DNA from: an uncultured Candidatus Saccharibacteria bacterium
GTDB lineage: Bacteria; Patescibacteriota; Saccharimonadia; Saccharimonadales; Saccharimonadaceae
Reading direction: 5' to 3'
DNA: 64,000 nt
Assembly: GCA_963528475.1 (NCBI GenBank)
Contig: CAURVP010000002.1
Coordinates: forward strand, 3,187-67,186
Positions 10,068-19,979 of the stretch are shown one piece after another. Under the pieces are notes generated by a model. It did not search any database, was not told the DNA's origin, and saw only the letters and a program-made list of their open reading frames with translations. Both the position numbers and the translations under genes were made by a program. How positions within the stretch are numbered: position 1 is the stretch's first letter; every line of letters begins with the position of its first letter.

Positions 10068-10612
10068 GCGTTCTCCTTTCGCCATATATGATAATAATGG
10101 AGGCCAGCTAGTGTCTGGCAGTCGTTAATATCGCCTTGGGTAATAAGCTGGTCAATCTCCTCGTTGGTGAAGAACCGCATATCGCTAAATACTTCATCCG
10201 ATTGTTCTTTGTTGCCGCCAAAAGACAGGTCTCGTGCCAAGCACACCGCCATTTTCTCTGTCATTAGGCCGTTGCAGACATATGCTTCACCGAGCTTCTC
10301 CCACGACTGGGCAACAATACCAGTCTCTTCCTCTAGCTCACGCTTGGAGGCGGTGAGCAGATCTTCGCCGTCACCACCGCCACCAGGCAGTTCCCAGCCA
10401 AAACTCTGTGACGGATAACGGAAGCCGCACACCAGGTAGATTCGCTCATGCTCGTCGACAGCGACGACCATACACGAGTTTCGCGACTCCATATAGCCGT
10501 ATACCCCCAGGTTGCCTGCGTGGTCGCGTGTTTGGTCTTCGTGGATGGTGATCCAGGGGTTTTGGTAGGCGATCTTGCTACTCACGCGAGTTTTGCTGGG
10601 GGTATCAGGCAT
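10064..10612 (-). CDS. NUDIX hydrolase embedded in the rml operon
   Basis: Nudix box GGGGDGEDLLTASKRELEEETGI. Starts 4 nt after the rmlB stop and is coupled by ATGA to rmlC. Confidence 0.8.
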   Translation of the reverse strand: MPDTPSKTRVSSKIAYQNPWITIHEDQTRDHAGNLGVYGYMESRNSCMVVAVDEHERIYLVCGFRYPSQSFGWELPGGGGDGEDLLTASKRELEEETGIVAQSWEKLGEAYVCNGLMTEKMAVCLARDLSFGGNKEQSDEVFSDMRFFTNEEIDQLITQGDINDCQTLAGLHYYHIWRKENA

Positions 10613-10616
10613 TGGC

Positions 10617-12167
<1,551 letters not shown>

Positions 12168-12206
12168 TAGGCGTCTAAACCAGACCTTGCTATTTTTACA
12201 GTAACA

Positions 12207-12245
12207 AAACAGCCCAATATCCATGGGCTGTTTATTATTTTTTAT
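12207..12245 (+). terminator. Rho-independent terminator after the cytidylyltransferase-like gene
   Basis: AACAGCCCA (12208-12216), 7-nt loop, TGGGCTGTT (12224-12232), then a T-rich tail TATTATTTTTT. Confidence 0.7.
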
Positions 12246-12390
12246 AGAGTAACCTTTAGCAGACAATAATGGTTTGTATACATTTATTACTCAGAGATGC
12301 AAAAGTACATAGCAAGAAGTCTACGTCCTTGAATAATAAAATTATTGTATGAACAAATAATATACTCAGTTTGAATATAATAAACACTTT

Positions 12391-12422
12391 GTTCATTGCA
12401 TAATACCATCATGGGGTATTAT
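12391..12422. repeat. Second, partial copy of the 26624 palindromic element
   Basis: GTTCATTGCAtAATACC atcat GGGGTATTaT. The left arm is 16/17 identical to the 26624 copy. The one change (A to T at element position 11) is matched by T to A at pairing position 31. Lies just 3' of the galE stop. Confidence 0.7.
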
Positions 12423-12428
12423 CTAAAT

Positions 12429-13451
12429 TTAATTCTTATAGCCGTTTGGGTTGTGAGACTGCCAGCGCCAGGAGTCTTCACAGGCTTGTTCGATGGACAA
12501 TTCTGCTTGCCAACCAAGCTCTTGCTGTGCCTTACTACAGTCGGCATAGCAAGCTGCAATATCACCAGCCCGGCGTGGTTTTATCTCGTATGGAATGTCA
12601 TGCTTGCACGCTTTGCCAAAGGCGCTAATGATCTCCAAAACAGAGGTACCATGGCCAGTGCCAAGGTTATAGGTGTGCTCACCTGGCTGCATGTGTGATA
12701 GGGCGGCTACATGTCCCTTAGCAAGATCGACGACATGAATGTAGTCGCGTACACCAGTGCCATCAGGTGTGTCGTAGTCATTACCAAATACACCAACGCT
12801 TTGCAATTTTCCAACCGCAACTTGTGCAACATAGGGCAGGAGATTATTAGGGATGCCATTTGGATCTTCACCAATCATACCTGACACATGCGCACCAATT
12901 GGATTAAAGTAGCGCAAGATAGTCGCCTGGAAGTCGGGGTGCGCCACGCAATAGTCACGAATGATCTGCTCTATCATATATTTCGTCCAGCCGTATGGAT
13001 TGGTAATACCGGTGCCAGTGCGTGATGATTCAGTGAGTGGCAATGACTCTGGTGTGCCATAGACCGTCGCAGAGCTTGAGAAAATAAGTCGATGCACTCC
13101 ATGTTGTCGCATTGCAGCTAAGAGGGTGAGGGTTGAGCTAAGATTGCAGTCATAGTATTCCAGCGGTTTCTCAACCGACTCACCAACTGCCTTGAGTCCA
13201 GCAAAGTGAATCACAGCACTGATATCATGCTTGGTAAAAATCGCATCGAGTGCCGATCGGTCGCGCACATCAGCCTCGACAAAGGGGATGGTTGTGCCAG
13301 TAATTGTTTCGACACGTCGCAGACTTTCGCGGCTGGCATTGGCGAGGTTGTCAATAACGACGACGTCAAATCCTGCCGCAATAAGCTCAATAATGGTGTG
13401 GCTGCCAATATACCCAGCGCCACCAGTGACTAAAATCGTTTCTCTACTCAT
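12429..13451 (-). CDS. galE: UDP-glucose 4-epimerase
   Basis: ORF trimmed to MSRETILVTGGAGYIGSH (ATG 13451). YGWTK catalytic motif is present. TATACT (13459-13464, minus) lies 7 nt upstream. Confidence 0.9.
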   Translation of the reverse strand: MSRETILVTGGAGYIGSHTIIELIAAGFDVVVIDNLANASRESLRRVETITGTTIPFVEADVRDRSALDAIFTKHDISAVIHFAGLKAVGESVEKPLEYYDCNLSSTLTLLAAMRQHGVHRLIFSSSATVYGTPESLPLTESSRTGTGITNPYGWTKYMIEQIIRDYCVAHPDFQATILRYFNPIGAHVSGMIGEDPNGIPNNLLPYVAQVAVGKLQSVGVFGNDYDTPDGTGVRDYIHVVDLAKGHVAALSHMQPGEHTYNLGTGHGTSVLEIISAFGKACKHDIPYEIKPRRAGDIAACYADCSKAQQELGWQAELSIEQACEDSWRWQSHNPNGYKN

Positions 13452-13746
13452 ATCACCTAGTATACCCCTTCGTCGAAAAAATGTCGAACATATCATATTA
13501 TTCTTTGTCTATAGTATGAACATATCGGCTTAACTATTGCTGAGAATGAACACCGCATTCGTTCTTGCTTTTTTGTCATTTTTCTTTATCTTTTATAGGT
13601 AAAGTACTATTGGTGTAAAAACATCAACACAATCTAACAGAGAAAAATCATTGTAATTTTTACATTCTTGCAAAATTGTTTAAAAATGAGAGTACACTAG
13701 AAGGCAAAGACCAAAGCGCCATAATACAAGAGGAAAGGAAAAACCT

Positions 13747-15573
13747 ATGTGTGGAATAGTTGGATATATCGGAACGCGGCCAGCGCAGGGTGTACTGCTG
13801 ACGGAGCTCAAGCGGCTTGAATATCGCGGATATGATAGTGCTGGTATTGTTACACTCGACAAGGATGCTGCGCCAACGTTGCTCCGAACGAAAGGCAAGG
13901 TGGCTGCGCTGAATGAGCTTACAGCTCGCCACAAGACAACTGATACGGTTGGCATTGGTCACACTCGCTGGGCAACCCACGGGGCACCCAGCAAACGCAA
14001 CGCTCATCCACATCAGGTGGGGCAGGTCTACGTTGTACATAACGGCATTATCGAGAACTATCAGGCGCTCAAGACGATGCTTGCAGCACATGAGTATGAA
14101 TTTAAGAGTGATACTGATACTGAAGTATTGACGGCGCTCATTGACTACCTGCACAAGCAAGCACCAGACCTCTTGGCGGCAGTGCGAGGTGCGCTCAAAA
14201 TGGTGGTAGGCACGTATGGTTTAGCAGTTGTTCAAGCGAATGACCCTGATGAGATTATTGTGGCACGCAAGGGTAGCCCACTCATTGTTGGGCTCGGCGA
14301 TGGCGAAACGTACATTGCCAGTGATGCATCGGCCTTGGTGGGGTATACCAACCAAGTGGTCTATCTGCATGATGGCGAAGTAGGGCGCTGCACTCGCACT
14401 GGCCTCGAGCTCCAAACGACGGATTCGCAAGTGGTTGACGTGCAAGTAGAGACGCTAGAGATGGACTTGCAAGCTATTCAAAAACAAGGGTACGACCACT
14501 TTCTCCTCAAAGAAATATTTGAGCAGCCGACTAGCCTTGCGGCAACGCTGGCCGGGCGTGTGATTGTCGCACAGCGCTATGCCAGGCTGGGCGGCATAGG
14601 TCTGAGTGATACTGCATTGCGGCAGATTAAGCATGTGATGATTGTGGGCTGTGGCACGGCGTATTTTGCGGGGATGCAGGCTAGTTATTTTATTGAGCAA
14701 CTGACTGATGATGTAACAGTAAGTGTAGAGATTGCTAGTGAGCTGCGCTACCGAGCATATAACATCCCCGAGCATACCGTTGCGCTCATTGTGAGCCAGA
14801 GTGGTGAGACGGCCGATACATTGGCCTGTCTGACGGAACTCAAACGACGGGGTGTGACGTGCCTTGGTGTCGTCAATGCAGTGGGGAGCACGATTGCGCG
14901 CGAAGTTGACGGTGGAGTATATGTACACGTGGGGGCGGAGATCAGTGTGGCCAGCACCAAGGCCTTTACTTCGCAAGTGGCGGCAATGACAATTTTTGGC
15001 CTTATGCTCGCAGCGGCCAAGGGAACGAACCCACAGCTGATAGGTGAGTTTATTAACGAGCTTGAGATGCTACCAGCCGAGATCGAAAAGACGCTGGCTA
15101 AGCAAGCTGATAGCATCAAAAATATCGCACATAATTATGCTCACTATAATCATGCGCTTTATATTGGTCGCGATACACTTTACCCAGCTGCACTTGAGGG
15201 CGCACTTAAGCTTAAGGAGGTAAGCTATATTCATGCTGAGGCTTATGCGGCAGGCGAGCTCAAGCATGGGCCAATTGCCCTGATCGACGATCATTTCTTC
15301 GAAATGTGTTATTTGCAGGACAACTGGCTGTACGAAAAATCGCAGAGTAATTTGATCGAGATGAATGCACGTGGTGCTCATGCGATTGTTATTACCGATA
15401 CGGATAAACGCGTACCTGCCGAGACGGTGGTGCGCGTTGCAACTAAGCTGCAACACCTCACGCCAATTTTGTTTAATGTTATATCACAGCTTTTTGCTTA
15501 CTATATGGCAGTGGAGCGGGGACACGACGTCGACCAGCCGCGCAATCTTGCCAAGAGCGTGACGGTGGAGTAA
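13747..15573 (+). CDS. glmS: Glutamine--fructose-6-phosphate aminotransferase
   Basis: N-terminal MCGIVGYIG (Ntn Cys), two SIS domains, and a C-terminal KSVTVE. 608 aa. Confidence 0.95.
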   Translation: MCGIVGYIGTRPAQGVLLTELKRLEYRGYDSAGIVTLDKDAAPTLLRTKGKVAALNELTARHKTTDTVGIGHTRWATHGAPSKRNAHPHQVGQVYVVHNGIIENYQALKTMLAAHEYEFKSDTDTEVLTALIDYLHKQAPDLLAAVRGALKMVVGTYGLAVVQANDPDEIIVARKGSPLIVGLGDGETYIASDASALVGYTNQVVYLHDGEVGRCTRTGLELQTTDSQVVDVQVETLEMDLQAIQKQGYDHFLLKEIFEQPTSLAATLAGRVIVAQRYARLGGIGLSDTALRQIKHVMIVGCGTAYFAGMQASYFIEQLTDDVTVSVEIASELRYRAYNIPEHTVALIVSQSGETADTLACLTELKRRGVTCLGVVNAVGSTIAREVDGGVYVHVGAEISVASTKAFTSQVAAMTIFGLMLAAAKGTNPQLIGEFINELEMLPAEIEKTLAKQADSIKNIAHNYAHYNHALYIGRDTLYPAALEGALKLKEVSYIHAEAYAAGELKHGPIALIDDHFFEMCYLQDNWLYEKSQSNLIEMNARGAHAIVITDTDKRVPAETVVRVATKLQHLTPILFNVISQLFAYYMAVERGHDVDQPRNLAKSVTVE

Positions 15574-15612
15574 GGTATAGGTAAAATCTCTCCTTTGCGC
15601 TACACTGATACT

Positions 15613-16737
15613 ATGAGTAAACAACCCAAAATTGCCATTGTCTGCGACTTCTTGACAACAATGGGTGGTGCCGAGAATGTCGTGTTGGCCATGCACGAAG
15701 CTTTTCCGGATGCGCCGATCTATACCGCAATGTATAATGAGGACAAAATGCCAGCCTTTGCTGAGCTTGATGTTCGGCCGTCGTTTTTGCAAAAAATCCC
15801 GCGCAAGGTGCGCACGTATTATAAGCTGTTTCCAACACTGGCTGTTAAAGCGATGCGGCGACTTGATTTGCGTGAGTTTGATATCATCCTCACTAGTTCA
15901 TATATGCATGGTCATCAGGTGAGAAAGACGCGGCCCGATCAGGTTATTATCAACTATTGTCACACACCACCACGATACTACTGGAGCCACTACAATGAGT
16001 ATCGGCGCGACCCAGGCTATGGTAATCTTAATCCACTCATCCGCACACTCATGCCGCTCATGGTACCACACCAGCGCAAGCTAGACCTTCAAGCGGCCCG
16101 GCAAGTTGATGTTTTCTTGGCAAACTCTACCGAAACACAACAGCGCATTAAAAAATATTACAATCGAAATAGTATAGTTATTCATCCACCAGTAGATATA
16201 AACCGGTTTACGCCTGCTACCGAGCGAGGTGATCATTATGTGACGATTGGCCGGCAGTTGCCATACAAGCGGTACGACTTGGCAGTCACGGCAGCGACGA
16301 AGCTTGGCAAGAAGCTGATCGTCTTTGGTAATGGCCCCGCACACAATAGGCTCGTTGATCTGGCTGGTCCAACAGTTGAGTTTCGCACCGATCGCTTCGG
16401 CGATGCGAGCGATGCCGAATATGAGAAGGCTATTACGACAGCGCGTGGTTTTATCTATCCAGCAGAGGAGGACTTTGGGATTGTCAGTGTTGAAGCGCTA
16501 GCGGCTGGTGCTCCAGTGATTGGCCTAGCGCGTGGTGGGACAACAGATATCGTGACGTCGCCCGAAGTGGGTGTGCTATTCGACCGACAGACGAGCATTA
16601 GCGTTGCTAAAGCAATTGAGCAGGCCGAGAAACGAACCTTTGATCCGACGGTCTTGCGTCGCACCGCACAGCGTTTTGACAAGACGCTATTTCTAACCAA
16701 GCTACGCAAGGTAGTGCGTGACCAGATGATACAGTAG
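15613..16737 (+). CDS. Glycosyltransferase family 4 (GT-B)
   Basis: EDFGIVSVEALAAGAPVI (E-x7-E block). Start set to ATG 15613 (MSKQPKIAIV), 6 nt after TACACT (15601-15606). Confidence 0.8.
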   Translation: MSKQPKIAIVCDFLTTMGGAENVVLAMHEAFPDAPIYTAMYNEDKMPAFAELDVRPSFLQKIPRKVRTYYKLFPTLAVKAMRRLDLREFDIILTSSYMHGHQVRKTRPDQVIINYCHTPPRYYWSHYNEYRRDPGYGNLNPLIRTLMPLMVPHQRKLDLQAARQVDVFLANSTETQQRIKKYYNRNSIVIHPPVDINRFTPATERGDHYVTIGRQLPYKRYDLAVTAATKLGKKLIVFGNGPAHNRLVDLAGPTVEFRTDRFGDASDAEYEKAITTARGFIYPAEEDFGIVSVEALAAGAPVIGLARGGTTDIVTSPEVGVLFDRQTSISVAKAIEQAEKRTFDPTVLRRTAQRFDKTLFLTKLRKVVRDQMIQ

Positions 16738-16816
16738 TACAGTTTGTGACTTAAATAGAGGATGCCTATCGAGGTTACTCTCTTACATAGGACTCACAAT
16801 GATATGGTGCCACGTG

Positions 16817-18253
16817 CTATTTTGCACCTGTCTTGCGTAGCACTACACCAATCGTCTTGAATAGAATCTTGATATCTAGCCAGAAGCTCCAGTTTTGGGC
16901 ATAAAATAGCTCAAGCTCAATTCGCTCATCGAAGCTCAGGTTTGAGCGCCCAGACACCTGCCATAAGCCCGTCACCCCTGACTTCACGCTGTGCAAGAGT
17001 GCCGTACGGGCTGAACTAAACTTCACTTCTTGGGGTAGAATTGGCCGCGGCCCAACTAAGCTCAAATCACCACGAAAGACGTTGAAAATCTGGGGTAATT
17101 CGTCGAGTGATGTTGCCCGCAAAAAATTGCCAAAGCGAGTGATGCGTGGGTCGTGTTCGACCTTGCGGTTTTTTTCATACTCTTCAGCCAGGTCGTCGCG
17201 ACCCATTGCACGGAATTCATCAGCCGCGTCTTGCTTGCCATATTGTGCACCCATACTACGGAACTTGATGAGCTGGATTGGCTCGGAGTAGCGGCTAAGG
17301 CGCTTTGAGATATAAAATGCTGGCCCAGGGTTAAAGATCTTTTGCATAATGATAAGGAGTACAAAAAGCGGGGCAAGGACGATGAGCAGTATGCCAGAAA
17401 TAATTGTGTCGAAAATCCGCTTTGCGATTTCTCCCCAGCCAATGAGTGGTGTTTGACTAACGGTAATCATTGGGTAGCCAAGAAAAACATCAATAGTGTT
17501 TTTGCCAGTATAAAATTCTGGCTCGCCAGGGATGAAGTTGTATTGAATATGGTTGACCTGTGCGGCACCAAGCACTTTTTGATTCTTTTCTTCGTTTTCG
17601 TAGAGGTTGGTTTGGATAATGGTGTCGATCTTGAGCTCCTTGATCTGCGCAAGGGCAGGGTCGAGTGATGCAAAATGAACAACATCGAGTCCGGGTGGCA
17701 CAAAGCGCTTGGGGCCAGCCATTGCCACAACACGAAAACCTGACTTGTAGGTGGTCGAGATCGACTCAGCGATGTCCCGCGTTGCCAGTGATGTCCCGAT
17801 TACCATCACACGGTTCACACCATGGTTGTACTGGAAGAGCCAACTCCGTGTCAGGCGAAATAACTCGCGCACCGTGCCAATTGCCAAGAATGAACCAAGA
17901 AAGACATACATTGCTACCAAGCGGGCTGGAAAGATATACATTCGTGTGCCGTACTCCCAGCCAATCACGAGCAGAATACCCATGAATGTCCCAAGCAGTA
18001 GCCGCCCCCATTCGACGAGTCGCCGGCTATAGACGCTCGCGCTATAGAGCCCAAGTGAGGCATAGAGAATAATCCACACTGGCGCAATGACGACGAAGCC
18101 GAGCAAGTAGTCGCTGGCATAGACAGTATGGAGCAAATCACGGTGATCAATTTGCGTGCGGACATAGTATGCGATGAAAAACACCGCCATCAGCACAACA
18201 AAATCGAGGCCGATGAGAATGAGACTATAAAATTTCGTATTTTTTGACGGCAT
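16817..18253 (-). CDS. Polyprenyl-phosphate hexose-1-phosphate transferase (WbaP/CpsE-type priming sugar transferase)
   Basis: N-terminal TM bundle plus a C-terminal bacterial sugar transferase block PRITRFGNFLRATSLDELPQIFNVFRGDLSLVGPRP. Confidence 0.85.
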   Translation of the reverse strand: MPSKNTKFYSLILIGLDFVVLMAVFFIAYYVRTQIDHRDLLHTVYASDYLLGFVVIAPVWIILYASLGLYSASVYSRRLVEWGRLLLGTFMGILLVIGWEYGTRMYIFPARLVAMYVFLGSFLAIGTVRELFRLTRSWLFQYNHGVNRVMVIGTSLATRDIAESISTTYKSGFRVVAMAGPKRFVPPGLDVVHFASLDPALAQIKELKIDTIIQTNLYENEEKNQKVLGAAQVNHIQYNFIPGEPEFYTGKNTIDVFLGYPMITVSQTPLIGWGEIAKRIFDTIISGILLIVLAPLFVLLIIMQKIFNPGPAFYISKRLSRYSEPIQLIKFRSMGAQYGKQDAADEFRAMGRDDLAEEYEKNRKVEHDPRITRFGNFLRATSLDELPQIFNVFRGDLSLVGPRPILPQEVKFSSARTALLHSVKSGVTGLWQVSGRSNLSFDERIELELFYAQNWSFWLDIKILFKTIGVVLRKTGAK

Positions 18254-18305
18254 AACAACTGTTACTATAACACTTTTTACCGAAAGTTTGCTACACTAGA
18301 AAGAG

Positions 18306-19604
18306 ATGAAGCGGTTATTGCGAGAAAAGATACCGGCTTGGTTTTTGTGTACGATATTTTTCGGACTGGCTATCCATGCGCCGCTGACGGTATGGGTGGG
18401 TGCTCATTGGCCAGATTATGCGCTCTTTGTCAAGGCATGGAAGGAAGTTTTACTTCTCATTGTTTTGCTTCTTGTTGTTATCGACGTGACGCTACGTCGA
18501 CAGTGGCAGCATTGGCTGAGTGATCGCATTATTCAGCTTGCGCTCGCCTTTGCGCTGTGGCACGGCGTGGTGGCGCTGCTTGTGCCAACGTCTGGGTTGG
18601 CTCTGCTATCGGGTTTGTTGATTGATCTGCGTTTTGTGGCGCTTGGTGCGGTAGTCTATGTGTTTGTGAGTAATTATCCGCAGTATCGGCGCTGGTTGCT
18701 GTGTATGCTTGGTGCGGGTGCAGTCGTCGTGATTGGCTTTGCAGCAGCGCAGCTTATCCTGCCGCGTGATGTGCTAGTACCGCTTGGCTACGGGCCGACG
18801 ACAATCGAACCCTACCAAACAGTCGACTCCAACAGTGCCTATATCCGCATTAATAGCACGCTGCGTGGGCCAAACCCACTTGGGGCGTATGCAAGTACTG
18901 TCCTGACGCTTATCGTGGCGTATGGCGCATTGCAATGGCGGCGTATCTCGCATATGTGGCGTTGGGTGCTTGGTGGTATGGTGCTGCTAGCGGCGCTTGC
19001 GGTATGGCAGAGCTATTCGCGAAGTGCGCTGCTCGCGGTGGCGGTTGGTGTTGGCATTGTTGCGATTGTTAGGGCATGGCAGTCGCAGGCATCTCGGTGT
19101 GTCGTACTGTGGGGTGCTGGCGCAGTACTTGGCTGTGGGGTGATTGTTGGTAGCATTGGCTACGCTATGGACCCACACTTTATTGATAATGTTATCTTGC
19201 ATAACGACCCAACGCATGGCCCGACCCAAACATCCGACAGCGACCGAATCACTTCGTTGCAAGCTGGCCTAACGCGCGCCTTGCAGCAACCGCTTGGCAC
19301 TGGCGTAGGGAGTACTGGCTCGGCATCGCTTCTTGGCAATGGGCAGAGCTTAATTATTGAAAACCACTATTTGTTCGTTGCTCACGAAATTGGCTGGATT
19401 GGATTACTATTATTAGTTGCATTAACCACTGGTGTACTGGTAAAATTATGGCATCGCCGGTCATATTGGCTGGCTTTCGGTAGTTTTGCTGGCGGAATCG
19501 GCTTAACTGTGATAGGATTGTTCTTACCAGTTTTTGTTGACGACACTGTGTCGATGCTCTGGTGGGGGCTGGCAGCACTAGCGATAACGGAGGATGGATT
19601 ATGA
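18306..19604 (+). CDS. O-antigen ligase/polymerase-like (Wzy_C) membrane protein
   Basis: About 10-12 TM helices. SYSRSALLAVAVGVG block and a large loop are typical of the Wzy_C family. A TGcTACACT box lies at 18289-18297. Confidence 0.65.
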   Translation: MKRLLREKIPAWFLCTIFFGLAIHAPLTVWVGAHWPDYALFVKAWKEVLLLIVLLLVVIDVTLRRQWQHWLSDRIIQLALAFALWHGVVALLVPTSGLALLSGLLIDLRFVALGAVVYVFVSNYPQYRRWLLCMLGAGAVVVIGFAAAQLILPRDVLVPLGYGPTTIEPYQTVDSNSAYIRINSTLRGPNPLGAYASTVLTLIVAYGALQWRRISHMWRWVLGGMVLLAALAVWQSYSRSALLAVAVGVGIVAIVRAWQSQASRCVVLWGAGAVLGCGVIVGSIGYAMDPHFIDNVILHNDPTHGPTQTSDSDRITSLQAGLTRALQQPLGTGVGSTGSASLLGNGQSLIIENHYLFVAHEIGWIGLLLLVALTTGVLVKLWHRRSYWLAFGSFAGGIGLTVIGLFLPVFVDDTVSMLWWGLAALAITEDGL

Positions 19605-19954
19605 CAAGCCCAACGCGAAAACAACGTGAATTATTGACATTTATAGACACATTTATCAAGAGTAATGGCTATGGCCCAAGCTACCGCGAAATTATGCGTG
19701 CCTTTGATTACAAGTCGGTTAGTACGGTGGCAGCGCATGTCAACGGCCTGATTGTTCGTGGATTTTTGGTCAAGAAGGATAACTCGGCGCGTAGTTTGCA
19801 AGTGGTACCGCCCACTCAGAATGCTGCGGATGTTGTGGTGGCACCAGTTGAGCAGGTGATTCGTGCAAAAATAAGCGCATTAGAGCAGCAGGACAATGCC
19901 GCTGATGATATTGCGGTTTTGCAGCGAGCACTAGAAATTTTGCAGAGCGACTAA
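19601..19954 (+). CDS. LexA N-terminal (winged-helix) DNA-binding domain protein lacking the S24 peptidase domain
   Basis: MTSPTRKQRELLTFIDTFIKSNGYGPSYREIMRAFDYKSVSTVAAHVNGLIVRGFL is a LexA_DNA_bind-type sequence. The protein ends after about 117 aa in a helical tail. The ATG at 19601 overlaps the upstream stop (ATGA). Confidence 0.65.
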   Translation: MTSPTRKQRELLTFIDTFIKSNGYGPSYREIMRAFDYKSVSTVAAHVNGLIVRGFLVKKDNSARSLQVVPPTQNAADVVVAPVEQVIRAKISALEQQDNAADDIAVLQRALEILQSD

Positions 19955-19964
19955 TCATCATAGA

Positions 19965-19973
19965 TGATATAAT
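19965..19973 (+). promoter_or_regulatory. Extended -10 box TGaTATAAT, 6 nt before ATG 19980 (leaderless candidate)
   Basis: Read directly from the sequence. Confidence 0.5.
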
Positions 19974-19979
19974 ATCTAC

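Noticed and set aside
12396-12698. 100-aa plus-strand ORF starting in the galE 3' region
   Set aside because: It is antisense to the well-supported galE C-terminus. Its start lies inside the palindromic repeat copy.
13715-13720. AGCGCC upstream of glmS, reminiscent of the glmS ribozyme cleavage-site sequence
   Set aside because: Only about 27 nt separate it from the glmS ATG. That stretch is a plain purine-rich SD leader. There is no room for the roughly 150-nt ribozyme core, and I could not see its conserved pseudoknot segments in 13500-13746.
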